From IMG/VR virus record IMGVR_UViG_3300032024_000227, positions 1 through 39,201 of that record: DNA of 39,201 nucleotides; one strand, 5' to 3'. Positions 18,978 to 27,423 of this stretch are shown here, in pieces. The notes beneath the pieces were generated by a model. It saw only the letters and a program-made list of their open reading frames with translations, did not search any database and had not been told where the DNA came from. Numbering within the stretch: the first letter of the stretch is position 1; each line of letters begins with the position of its first letter. Source of the stretch: a virus. Lineage: Duplodnaviria; Caudoviricetes. A program made the position numbers and the translations under genes.

Positions 18978-20497
18978 AGCTCGCGCAACCATCGATCGAA
19001 CTCCTCCGACCGTTCCCGCTTGAGATTTCGTAGCGCCCCCGCAATCGCTGCTTTGTTCTTCCCGCTCCGTGTGGCCAGCTCCTCCGCCAGTGGCTCCAGG
19101 TATTCCATCGCGCGCGGGACTGTCCGGTACAGCCGTAGGACCGGCCGCACCATCTCGGCCTCGCGCAACCCGAGGCGACCGAGCAATGTCTGGAAATTCC
19201 TGACCGCGCTGGTGTAGCCCGAACCGTCCGTCATCAGCGCGGCCTGGTGCTGCAGGGCGGTCTTGCTGACACCCAGCCACTCGACGACGTCGCCGTAGGT
19301 ATGGCGAGCCCCCCATTCCGTCAGCGTCTCCAACAGCAGCCCCTCCGGTTTTCTCCAATCGTACCCAACCAGATCGCGCTGCTGGTTGTGCAGGATCTCG
19401 TGCCAGAGCATCTGGATGGACGCCTCTTCCTCCTGCGTCAGCGGCGTCCGCCCCAGGCGACCCAACGCTCGGGTCAGGACCTCCTTCGGGCTCTCGGTCG
19501 TAAAGTACCGTGTGCCGCGGTGATCCGGCCGATAGACGGTCGTCCGAGTCGACACCTCGAATCGTCCATCCGCCCAGGTCTGGGCGAAGGTGTTCCTGGG
19601 CAGCGCCTCCGCCCGGATCGACTGCATCCCCAGACGATGGCCAAACAATCCTTTCTGTCGCGCATCCTTCAGGATCGCCTCCACGTCGTCCAGCGTGCGG
19701 ACCTCGCGCGCGAGCCCTTGCGGTTCGAAGATCTGTCGCCACTCCTCGGGATACCGACTGAGGTCCGGCCGATACGCCGTCCGGCCCGGGTTGAACTCCC
19801 ACCCCTCTCCGGCCTTCCCCACCTCGCGGGCAATGTCGGGGCCGCCCTGTGTCAGCGTCCCGCCGTCCTTGACCTCGGCGTGGACCTCGCCGGGCGTCAG
19901 GCCTCTAACCTGCGCGCGGCAACCCCAGTGATTTGGCGGGTAGTTGGTATCCCACCAGGGATCGTCGGCCCGGTGGATCTCGCCGTGCCGTCGGCGACAG
20001 GCCTGCGTCGTGACGAGATCCAACTTCGAGGCATATTGCCAGTACGGGTGACTCTGCAACACCTCCGGCCGCGTCTGCGCCCTGAAGCGCCCGACCTGCG
20101 TCGCGACCGTCAGGTTGGTGTCGTAGATGCGCCGCAACCGCCAGGGGCCCACCCGCGCCACGACGCCGGTCTGCGGGTCGACCACCTCCGCTGACGCCGC
20201 CGTCGGCCAACCGTGCTGATCATACGGCAGCCAGCCGTGTCGCTTCAGGCTCGGCAGCAACGCCCGCTCGAACTCCCCGTAGCTGATCCCGTCGCGGACG
20301 CTGTGCTCCACCTCGTCGCGCAGGTCCGACAGCAGGTCCAGGTTGATCGCCTTGGCGACCGTGAAGGCCCGATGGTGCGCCTCCTTCTGCAGTTCGAACC
20401 AGTCCCAGGAGGGGCGGTAGCCCTTGCGCTCGACGTAGGCGAGCGCCTCCCCAGGCGGCAGTGCCGCGATCGTGGCGAGCGACAGCGCCTCACGCAT
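18974..20497 (-). CDS. Mu gp30/MuF minor head protein with C-terminal HExxH domain
   Basis: AFTVAK, RLRRIYDTN, YPPNHWGCR, GWEFNPG, then a ~260 aa extension containing WHEILH...ETLTE. Confidence 0.88.
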   Translation of the reverse strand: MREALSLATIAALPPGEALAYVERKGYRPSWDWFELQKEAHHRAFTVAKAINLDLLSDLRDEVEHSVRDGISYGEFERALLPSLKRHGWLPYDQHGWPTAASAEVVDPQTGVVARVGPWRLRRIYDTNLTVATQVGRFRAQTRPEVLQSHPYWQYASKLDLVTTQACRRRHGEIHRADDPWWDTNYPPNHWGCRAQVRGLTPGEVHAEVKDGGTLTQGGPDIAREVGKAGEGWEFNPGRTAYRPDLSRYPEEWRQIFEPQGLAREVRTLDDVEAILKDARQKGLFGHRLGMQSIRAEALPRNTFAQTWADGRFEVSTRTTVYRPDHRGTRYFTTESPKEVLTRALGRLGRTPLTQEEEASIQMLWHEILHNQQRDLVGYDWRKPEGLLLETLTEWGARHTYGDVVEWLGVSKTALQHQAALMTDGSGYTSAVRNFQTLLGRLGLREAEMVRPVLRLYRTVPRAMEYLEPLAEELATRSGKNKAAIAGALRNLKRERSEEFDRWLREL

Positions 20498-22106
20498 GAA
20501 CCCACCCCCACAGCGCGGCCGCCGCCATGGCCCGTTCGATCAGCGCCTCACCGTGCGGCGTCTGCTCGCCGATCAGCGCGGTCAGTCCCGTCCGAAACGC
20601 CTCGTGCGATCCGGCGCCGGCAGCCAACCGGTGGATCGGCTCCAGCAGCGGGGTCAGCGTCGGCCCCCACAACTGATCGGTCATCTGGTCGGCCAGCGCC
20701 GTCTCCGGCGCGACCGGGACGACCATCGCCTGTCCCAACGCCAGCCGTTTTATGCTGTCGCCCGACACGTTCGATCCCCCTCGCTCCTCTGGGGAGAGGG
20801 GTGGGGTGAGGGCTCCCACCGTCGCCTCGCCGTCTTTCGGCGCCCGGATCCCGAACCGTTCCTGCGCCACCGCCAACGGGATCGCCGGGCCGAACCCGGC
20901 CTCCACCAGCGTCTTCAGCGTCGTGGCTTCGTCCCCCAAGTCGCGCGGCGACTCGATCTCGAATGTAAAACGCGGGGCCGGGACGTCCCAGCCGTGCGTG
21001 AACCCCACCAGCGGCCGGATGATCTGCGCCGTGATCGTCTCGGCGAGCGCCGCGGCGTCGGCCTCCATCAGGTCGAACCGGACCTCATCATGGACCTGCG
21101 CCGCCGCCAGCGACCCCACGGTCCCGACGTCCGAGGTCAGCGTTTGCCCCAGGACCGCCTGGGCCATCTCCTTGTTCAGCAGGTTCACGAATTTCTCGAA
21201 GATGTCGGCGCTGGCCTGCTTGATCGCCTCGATAAACTCGATCTCCGTGCTGGACGAGATGATGCCGGCCGCATCATGGCCGATATTCCGAACCGCCGCC
21301 AGCAGCGCGTCGCGGTCCTCCTTGTTGGCGCCCGGCTGGTATTTCCCCAGACGGAGCGGCATCCCGTACACCTCCAGGAACGCGGCCCAATCCTTGATGT
21401 CGTAGTGTTTGAAGAGGTAGAGCCACGCGCACGTCCGCATCAGCCCGGCCCGTGTCGGCGAGCCTCCCGTGGCGCGGACCCGATGGACCACGAACTTCCA
21501 GGCCGGCAGCTCGATGCCGAAGACCGGCTCGTGGTCGGTGAGCAGCCGCGGGGCCGCCGGTATCGGCGCCCCTGCGCGAGGCAGATAGGTCAGGCGTCGG
21601 GCCGGGACCGGCACGACGTCGTCGATCCGCAGGGAGGCGCGCTCGGTCTGCCAGAGCAGTTCCACCCCCGCATACCCATACGGCACCGCCTCCAGCAACG
21701 AGGCGATCGTCCGCCGCAGCGGCGTCGCCCGAAGCTGTTGTGTCGTCTCATCGGCCAACGCCTTCGCCTCACGACTGTCGTCGGCCGGGTCGACCCTGAA
21801 GGAGAGTCCCTCTATCGCCATACGCCGCGTCTGGAACAGCGAGGCGAGCTTGCCGTCGCGCTCCAGCATCTCCTCGAACAACTCGGCCTGGCGCAAGACG
21901 TCGCCCTGGTCGGCCTCTTGCAGAATGGTCGCCAGTCGGTCGGGCGTCAGCCCATGGGCCGGGTAGGCGTACCAGGAATCGCGGATCGAGGCGAGCGTCA
22001 GCCGATCCGGATCCGGTCGCGCACCGGCCGCAATCGGCCGTCCGAACTGGTCCAGGAGCTGCCCCGGCCGTCGTGTCTCCGTCGTCGCCGGCGTTACCAT
22101 CCGCAC
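20490..22106 (-). CDS. Portal protein (Mu gp29 / DUF935)
   Basis: LFEEMLERD, FLEVYGMPLRLGKY, VLGQTLTS, VHDEVR. Confidence 0.93.
   Translation of the reverse strand: MRMVTPATTETRRPGQLLDQFGRPIAAGARPDPDRLTLASIRDSWYAYPAHGLTPDRLATILQEADQGDVLRQAELFEEMLERDGKLASLFQTRRMAIEGLSFRVDPADDSREAKALADETTQQLRATPLRRTIASLLEAVPYGYAGVELLWQTERASLRIDDVVPVPARRLTYLPRAGAPIPAAPRLLTDHEPVFGIELPAWKFVVHRVRATGGSPTRAGLMRTCAWLYLFKHYDIKDWAAFLEVYGMPLRLGKYQPGANKEDRDALLAAVRNIGHDAAGIISSSTEIEFIEAIKQASADIFEKFVNLLNKEMAQAVLGQTLTSDVGTVGSLAAAQVHDEVRFDLMEADAAALAETITAQIIRPLVGFTHGWDVPAPRFTFEIESPRDLGDEATTLKTLVEAGFGPAIPLAVAQERFGIRAPKDGEATVGALTPPLSPEERGGSNVSGDSIKRLALGQAMVVPVAPETALADQMTDQLWGPTLTPLLEPIHRLAAGAGSHEAFRTGLTALIGEQTPHGEALIERAMAAAALWGWVHA
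20776..20813. repeat. REP-like family A copy (in portal)
   Basis: CCCCTCgCtCC..GGgGAGAGGGG...GGTGAGGGC. Confidence 0.7.
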
Positions 22107-23704
22107 CCTCGCCCCGTCCGAAATCCGCCGAAGACCATGCCCTCACCCTCCCCTCTCCCGCCGGGAGAGGGCCAGTCGTCGTCATCCTGTTCGCGCGAAC
22201 GCCAGACCGATCGGGCCGCCGACGTGTACTCGACCGGCCCCCAATTCAGTCCGGTGGCGAACCAGGCGAGCGCGCCCGCAATGGCCGTATCGCCGTGCCG
22301 CTGCCTGCCGTCCGCCCCCTTCGTATGCGCCGCGTCAGGAATCTTCGCCACACCGCGCTCCGTCTGGAGCAGCCGGTGGTCGTCGACGACGTCGCTGTGA
22401 CGCGGCAGGACGATGGCCCGATCCTCGAAGGCCGCCTTGTACTTCGGCATATTGTCGCGGTACCAGCCTGGGGACAGCATCACCGGCTCGATCCGCGTCC
22501 CGTACCGCTGCTGCGCCACCTCGGCCAGGTACTGGCCGTTCCCCCTCGCATCCATCGCCCCGGACCAGCGCCCCGGCAGCCCATCCAGGAGCGCGAAGAG
22601 GATCTGCTCCTGTTGCCGAAACGGCACATTGCGCAACTCGATCAGGCCGATCGTCCGCCAGATCAAGTCCGCCTGTCGTTGCAACGCCAGGATCGCCGTC
22701 AGGTCGCCGCTGCGGGCGAAGTCCTCGCCGATCGCCAGTGGCCGGTGCGGATCGAGCGCCGCCAGCAGCGCGTCGAACTGGTCGCGGCACCAGGCCTCGG
22801 CCTCGGCTTGTCGGACCAGCTCGGGCTGCAGCGCGAACCCGTCGTCGCACGTCCAGCGCAGGATCGGGATCTCGGGATCCAGGCAGGACTCAATGAGCGC
22901 GCGACCGAGATAGGCCCCGGAGCCCCGGCTGGGGATGACGAACAGCTCCTCGGCGGCATCGTCGCCGTAGAACCGGATCAGCTCGTCGCGCCAGTCCGCC
23001 TCCGCCTCCGCCGACCAGTCCCGGCCAAGTTTCAGACAGATGCGGCGGTACAGGCCCTCGGTCAGCGCATCATCGAACGTCACGCGGTGCAGGCTATAGG
23101 GCTTTTTGCCGGCGCGAATGTCGTTGACGAGCTCGTTGAACGGGTTGTCGTCGCCGTTGTGGGTCGACATCACCACCACGCGGCCGCCCCACATGAGCAG
23201 CGCCATCGACGCCTTGAGCAAGCCCGGCAAATCGGGGTGGAACGCGGCCTCGTCGATCACGACCTTGCCGCGCTTGCCGCGCAGGTTGCTGGGGCGGGAC
23301 GACAGGGCCGTGACGCGAAAGCCCGACGGGAACCGTATCCGGTAGGCCTGGATGTTCTGCGCCTCGTCCTCGACAACGATCTCCTCGTATGGCTCAGCGG
23401 CGAGCTGATAGGCTCGGGTCCAGAAGGCCACGTCCTGGATGAACTCCATCGCCATGTCCTTGTTGTAGCCGACGTACCAGACATCCATGCCGCCCGCTGA
23501 CGCTGCGAGCAGCGCATCGTCGCCCGCCTCGGTCCAGGAGAAGCCGATCTGGCGCGACTTCTCGCCGACCTTGACGGCGGACTGATCGGCCTGCCAGCGG
23601 GCCTGGAAGGGGAGCAGGGCCGGTTCGCTGGCGCGACCCGCCGCCTTCACGCTCTCGCGGGGCGTCCTCGTCTTTCTTCCCCCTTCAGCCTTCAGCCTAT
23701 TCAC
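22094..23704 (-). CDS. Terminase large subunit (Mu gp28-like)
   Basis: EKSRQIGFSW, NLRG...VIDEAAF, GEDFARSGD, DARGNG, HGDTA; start uncertain. Confidence 0.93.
   Translation of the reverse strand: MNRLKAEGGRKTRTPRESVKAAGRASEPALLPFQARWQADQSAVKVGEKSRQIGFSWTEAGDDALLAASAGGMDVWYVGYNKDMAMEFIQDVAFWTRAYQLAAEPYEEIVVEDEAQNIQAYRIRFPSGFRVTALSSRPSNLRGKRGKVVIDEAAFHPDLPGLLKASMALLMWGGRVVVMSTHNGDDNPFNELVNDIRAGKKPYSLHRVTFDDALTEGLYRRICLKLGRDWSAEAEADWRDELIRFYGDDAAEELFVIPSRGSGAYLGRALIESCLDPEIPILRWTCDDGFALQPELVRQAEAEAWCRDQFDALLAALDPHRPLAIGEDFARSGDLTAILALQRQADLIWRTIGLIELRNVPFRQQEQILFALLDGLPGRWSGAMDARGNGQYLAEVAQQRYGTRIEPVMLSPGWYRDNMPKYKAAFEDRAIVLPRHSDVVDDHRLLQTERGVAKIPDAAHTKGADGRQRHGDTAIAGALAWFATGLNWGPVEYTSAARSVWRSREQDDDDWPSPGGRGEGEGMVFGGFRTGRGCGW
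22139..22171. repeat. REP-like family A copy (terminase C-terminus)
   Basis: GCCCTCACCC..CCCTCTCCCGCCGGGAGAGGG. Confidence 0.8.
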
Positions 23705-23719
23705 CTTCAGCCTTCCGCC

Positions 23720-24166
23720 TCACGCCTGCCCCGGCACGTGGTCAGCCGGGGCCGCCACCCCCAGGATCTGCTGCCTGATCGCCGTCACGACCTCGTCGGA
23801 CAGCCCGCTCGCCTTCGCGGCTTTCTCGACCTCACCCGCGACCTCGGGCGCCTCGATCCGCGAGGGTTCGAGCGCCAGGCCCGTCAGCGCGGAACGCAAC
23901 GCATGGATCCGCTGCGGATCGAACTGTCCGGCCTCCAATTCCTCGAGTATCTTTTCGGCCATCTTCCGCACGATCTTGCGCAGGACGTCGCGCAGGCACC
24001 CCCGCTCAACCAGAAACGCCCGCCGGTCGGCCTCCCAGTCGCCGTCCTTCTTCCAGGCGACCAACGTCGTCGGCGAGACCTTCAGACTTTTGCCGACGTC
24101 GGCCAGCGTCATCCCCTGCTCGACGTAGAGCAGCCGCGCCTCCTCATACAGCGCCGCTTTTTTCAT
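23720..24166 (-). CDS. Terminase small subunit / Mu gp27-like HTH protein
   Basis: ARLLYVEQGMTLADVGKSLKVSPTTLVAWKKDGDW; C-terminal GLSDEV...IRQQILG. Confidence 0.75.
   Translation of the reverse strand: MKKAALYEEARLLYVEQGMTLADVGKSLKVSPTTLVAWKKDGDWEADRRAFLVERGCLRDVLRKIVRKMAEKILEELEAGQFDPQRIHALRSALTGLALEPSRIEAPEVAGEVEKAAKASGLSDEVVTAIRQQILGVAAPADHVPGQA
23724..23753 (+). repeat. REP-like family B copy
   Basis: GCCTGCCCCGGCACGTGGTCAGCCGGGGCC. Confidence 0.8.
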
Positions 24167-24168
24167 CT

Positions 24169-24202
24169 CCCTCGCCCGCTGGGAGAGGGTGGGGGTGAGG
24201 GC
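24169..24202. repeat. REP-like family A copy (intergenic)
   Basis: CCCTCGCCCGCTGGGAGAGGG...GGTGAGGGC. Confidence 0.75.
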
Positions 24203-24205
24203 CGT

Positions 24206-24454
24206 TCATGCCACACCAAGCGCCTCGCGGAGCTTCCGGACCAGGGCCGTCTGCTCATCCCATCGCGTCCGGATCGCATGCAGCACCGTGGCGGCCTGGA
24301 CAATCTCCGCGGTGCGCAGCCGGTCGATCGGCAGTGTCGGGAGCGTCCGGATCCGGAGGATCATGACCTGGCCGTCCGCCTCAGCCTCGCTCTTCTTCAG
24401 CTCCCGCTCGGCCATGGCGAGCTGGCCCTGCAGTATCAGCCGCTCCTCATTCAT
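24206..24454 (-). CDS. Hypothetical coiled-coil protein
   Basis: Translationally coupled ORF (ATGA overlap) in late operon. Confidence 0.65.
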   Translation of the reverse strand: MNEERLILQGQLAMAERELKKSEAEADGQVMILRIRTLPTLPIDRLRTAEIVQAATVLHAIRTRWDEQTALVRKLREALGVA

Positions 24455-24762
24455 CGCCCGACCCCTCCGCCCGCCAGGATGCGCTTATCCCAGGACTCGA
24501 TCCGCTCGCTCAGGCGCGTGAGGATCTGCGTGTTCCAACTGATGTGCTCGGTCAGCACGGAGCCCGGCTCCAGCCGCTCCAATAGTTTCGTCAGCGCGGC
24601 GGTATTCGCGCTCAGTGTGGCCACATGATCGGTTTGCATCTGCTTGTAGCCGTCGATCACGGCGTCGACTTGCTTGCGCTCTTTCAGTTCTTTGAGGACG
24701 TACAGGATGACCGCCGCGCTTGGGCCGGCCCATTTCAGGAGATCGATGATCTGTGGATCCAT
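24451..24762 (-). CDS. Membrane-anchored coiled-coil protein (lysis module)
   Basis: N-terminal hydrophobic helix then helical domain; GAGGAG RBS. Confidence 0.65.
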   Translation of the reverse strand: MDPQIIDLLKWAGPSAAVILYVLKELKERKQVDAVIDGYKQMQTDHVATLSANTAALTKLLERLEPGSVLTEHISWNTQILTRLSERIESWDKRILAGGGVGR

Positions 24763-24774
24763 GTGTCTCCTCGC

Positions 24775-24972
24775 CTAGCGTGAGAGTGCCCCCGGCCGAT
24801 CCGTGTTGATCACCGGCGCGGGTCGGTCCTTCGGCAGCCCCGGCGCCTTGTGGACGCAGCCGGTCAGCAGTGCCGCAATCAGGAGAGACGCGATGACCGG
24901 CGCCCGGCCTACAGCCCCCGGCTGAATACGTGCCGGGGCAGGCTTCAGCCTACGGCCTTCAGCCTGTTTCAC
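24775..24972 (-). CDS. Small Pro-rich lipoprotein (o-spanin-like)
   Basis: GTG 24972 overlaps upstream stop; lipobox LLTGC; short Pro-rich mature part. Confidence 0.5.
   Translation of the reverse strand: MKQAEGRRLKPAPARIQPGAVGRAPVIASLLIAALLTGCVHKAPGLPKDRPAPVINTDRPGALSR
24914..24943 (-). repeat. REP-like family B copy (inverted)
   Basis: Reverse complement GCCTGCCCCGGCACGTATTCAGCCGGGGGC. Confidence 0.8.
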
Positions 24973-25262
24973 TTGGTGGCCGCGTCCATCAGCTCGACGA
25001 GCGTGACCAGCGGGATATTGATACATGGTGCTCCCTCGTAGTAGGTCGTTGGTGTAATCCCGCGCTTGGCGCACAGGATCTGCATCTCGGCAAACAGCGC
25101 CCGGTACGCATCCTCGCGCTTGTCCGGATCAAACAGGTCGTGGACGCGCGCGCCGCGATCGATGTACGTGTTGATCTCGCCCGCCTCGGTCGATTTCTTC
25201 GCGGCAAATGCCGCGAGTTGAAGCCCGGCGCTGATCGCCGGGACCACGGCTGAACTAATCAT
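24969..25262 (-). CDS. Hypothetical protein
   Basis: GAGGAG RBS; overlaps neighbours as expected for coupling. Confidence 0.6.
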   Translation of the reverse strand: MISSAVVPAISAGLQLAAFAAKKSTEAGEINTYIDRGARVHDLFDPDKREDAYRALFAEMQILCAKRGITPTTYYEGAPCINIPLVTLVELMDAATK

Positions 25263-25434
25263 TGCGCTCCTCTCCAGTCTCGGCGGTCCACGGGTCGTAG
25301 AGGAACAGGATATGATCTCCGGATTGCCGGCGGCAGACCTCCGACGGGTTGTTGAACGCGCGACAGACCATATATCCGCACCCCGAGGTCAGGGCGCCGA
25401 GCACGACCGCCACCACCACCAGTCGCATCTTCAT
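25255..25434 (-). CDS. Small lipoprotein, 59 aa (not in ORF track)
   Basis: Hand translation: MKMRLVVVAVVLGALTSGC GYMVCRAFNNPSEVCRR...; lipobox and GGAGG RBS. Confidence 0.7.
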   Translation of the reverse strand: MKMRLVVVAVVLGALTSGCGYMVCRAFNNPSEVCRRQSGDHILFLYDPWTAETGEERND

Positions 25435-25454
25435 GTTCCGACCTCCAGTCTCCA

Positions 25455-25484
25455 GCCTGCCCCGGCACGTGGTCGGCCGGGGCC
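25455..25484 (+). repeat. REP-like family B copy
   Basis: GCCTGCCCCGGCACGTGGTCGGCCGGGGCC. Confidence 0.8.
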
Positions 25485-25499
25485 CACAATCTTCAGCGT

Positions 25500-25523
25500 G
25501 GGCGCGTGGCTACGCGCCCCTAC
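25500..25523 (-). repeat. GTAG-type REP
   Basis: GTAG-GGGCGCGT-AGCC-ACGCGCCC. Confidence 0.65.
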
Positions 25524-25714
25524 TCCAGCGGCTGCTTGGTGACGATCCGCAGGACGACGTTCATGATCGCCATGACCACCGGCATGAGGGCGGTCTGCCA
25601 GTCGGCCTCGCCCATCACCACGGCCCCGGCTGCCACGACCAGCGCGCTCGCATTGGCCCATACGGTCTTCGACTTGAAAAACGGTTTCGCTTGCACAACG
25701 GGTACGGTCGGCAC
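25520..25714 (-). CDS. Putative holin
   Basis: GGAGGAG RBS plus GTG; KPFFKSKTVWAN, two hydrophobic segments, NVVLRIVTKQP. Confidence 0.7.
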   Translation of the reverse strand: MPTVPVVQAKPFFKSKTVWANASALVVAAGAVVMGEADWQTALMPVVMAIMNVVLRIVTKQPLE

Positions 25715-25734
25715 GTCACTCCTCCTTGTGTGAT

Positions 25735-25769
25735 CCCCTCTCCCCATGGGAGAGGGCTCGGGTGAGGGC
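25735..25769. repeat. REP-like family A copy (intergenic)
   Basis: CCCCTCTCCCCATGGGAGAGGG...GGGTGAGGGC. Confidence 0.8.
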
Positions 25770-25813
25770 ACCGGCGGCCCCCAATGGACCGCCTGTCCCT
25801 CATTGATCAGCGC

Positions 25814-25942
25814 CTAGTCCGGCGCATCATCATCGGATCCACAGCATCCGGTCACCAGCCACCCAATGCCGTACCCCAGCCAGAGCAGGCAGGCGGTCAC
25901 CCCGCCCACGCCCAGCAGATGCACGATCTCGTAGGTCGTCAT
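25814..25942 (-). CDS. Small membrane protein
   Basis: 42 aa with one hydrophobic helix; ATGA-coupled to the endolysin gene. Confidence 0.5.
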   Translation of the reverse strand: MTTYEIVHLLGVGGVTACLLWLGYGIGWLVTGCCGSDDDAPD

Positions 25943-26472
25943 GTCTGGCCCTGAACCGGCCGCTCCACGCCGTTCGGCCAGAAGAAGCGGGCTGACGGCA
26001 CGCGCATGAACACGTCGAGCCCGGTCTCGGCGATCGCGTCCTTGTGTTTCCTGACGTTGCCGGCCGAGCAGTGGATCACCCGATGCTGGGCGACCTCCTC
26101 GCCGACTGCGGAGATGATCCCGCAATGGCCCACCTTCGGTCCCTGCATCTTCGACATCCATGAGGCGGGATAGACGATGAGCGCCCCCGGGCGAGGATCG
26201 GTCAGGGGACTGACGAATCGGCATGGCCCCACGGCGCCGTCGTACCAGAGCCCGTCGGTATTCAGCCAGCCGCCCGTCGCCTCCTTCAGCCACGGCAGGT
26301 CCGGCCAGCGGCGTTTGAGCCCGAGGCACCACAGGACAAAGCCGCTGCAATCGCAGGCCCCGTCACCGTCCCGGCAACTGTCACCGGAGACCGTCCCGCC
26401 GCCGAGCGTGTACGCGGTCTTGTGGCCGATCTGGGACCTGGCCCGCGCGAGTAATTCGTCAACGGTCATCAT
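25939..26472 (-). CDS. Endolysin, NlpC/P60-CHAP cysteine peptidase
   Basis: YTLGGG...CDCSGFV...GHCGII...VIHCS; GAGGAG RBS. Confidence 0.8.
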   Translation of the reverse strand: MMTVDELLARARSQIGHKTAYTLGGGTVSGDSCRDGDGACDCSGFVLWCLGLKRRWPDLPWLKEATGGWLNTDGLWYDGAVGPCRFVSPLTDPRPGALIVYPASWMSKMQGPKVGHCGIISAVGEEVAQHRVIHCSAGNVRKHKDAIAETGLDVFMRVPSARFFWPNGVERPVQGQT

Positions 26473-26486
26473 TCCGGCGCTCCTCC

Positions 26487-27341
26487 TCACAACCCCTCCC
26501 GTGACAGGACATCCGTGACCCGACACACGTCGTCGAGCGTCACCCTCAGCGCAAACGTGGGCCCGGCGATCTCCACCACCCCATTGCAGGCCCATGGCCT
26601 GGCGGAGACCATCGTGACGCGCGGCCCGCCCGGTGTGTACTCGTAGGCCAGGGTCTGTCCGACCGGCGACCGGTCCGGCCCCTCGGCGGGTGTCCCGCCG
26701 AACAGCCAGAGGAGATAGACGACCTGATCCATCGGCTGGCGAATCCCGCGGTCCCACCGCGACAGCGCCAGGCGGATCGTGCAGGTCGAGCAGGTGAGCC
26801 ACTGATTGATCAGGGAGGCGGTAAATTCCTGCGGGGCATCCCGGAAGAAGCAGGGGCGAAACATCGAGCGCAGGTAGTGACGCGGCTCGCAGCCCGCCTC
26901 CGCCACGAGATCGAACTCCCACCCCCCACGATGGACCCGCGCCCACAGGGACACCATGTGGCCGAGTTCGTGCGCGATGACCGAGTAGAAAACGGAGGCC
27001 GCCGCGTGCTCCGGCGCGTCGGTCGGGAAGGGGTCTTCGTACCGCCCTTCCTCAGACCAGATATTAATCCGGCAGGGACCCACGAAGAGTCCCGCGCAAC
27101 TGCCGCTCGGCGCGACCGGCGCATTGTCTACTGTAATGACCTCCAGGAGCGGGTAGAGGGCGGGCGGCATCTGTGTCAGCAGCGCTCGGAGCGTCCGGCG
27201 ACCGGACTCGGTCAGGCGGTCCTCCCCGGCGATGACAATGCCGGTCCCAGCCGAGGTCGTAAGCGCCCACAACGGCGCTGGGACGAGGAGCCACCAGAAC
27301 CCAGCGAAGGCAAGTATGAGGCGAACCTGTGGGATGTGCAT
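26487..27341 (-). CDS. Secreted zinc metallopeptidase-like protein
   Basis: N-terminal signal peptide; AHELGH (26958-26972) with downstream PQEFTA; Cys-rich. Confidence 0.65.
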   Translation of the reverse strand: MHIPQVRLILAFAGFWWLLVPAPLWALTTSAGTGIVIAGEDRLTESGRRTLRALLTQMPPALYPLLEVITVDNAPVAPSGSCAGLFVGPCRINIWSEEGRYEDPFPTDAPEHAAASVFYSVIAHELGHMVSLWARVHRGGWEFDLVAEAGCEPRHYLRSMFRPCFFRDAPQEFTASLINQWLTCSTCTIRLALSRWDRGIRQPMDQVVYLLWLFGGTPAEGPDRSPVGQTLAYEYTPGGPRVTMVSARPWACNGVVEIAGPTFALRVTLDDVCRVTDVLSREGL

Positions 27342-27398
27342 GGGGTGATTGTAGGGGACGGACGAGCGGAGGGATGACGACGTTGTCCGCTATCGACA
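27342..27398 (-). promoter_or_regulatory. Putative activator-dependent late promoter
   Basis: TACAAT -10 (27353-27348) 6 nt before ATG; no consensus -35; TGTC-N7-GACA dyad at 27384-27398. Confidence 0.5.
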
Positions 27399-27423
27399 CC
27401 GAAAAAGCGGGATGGGGCGATAT

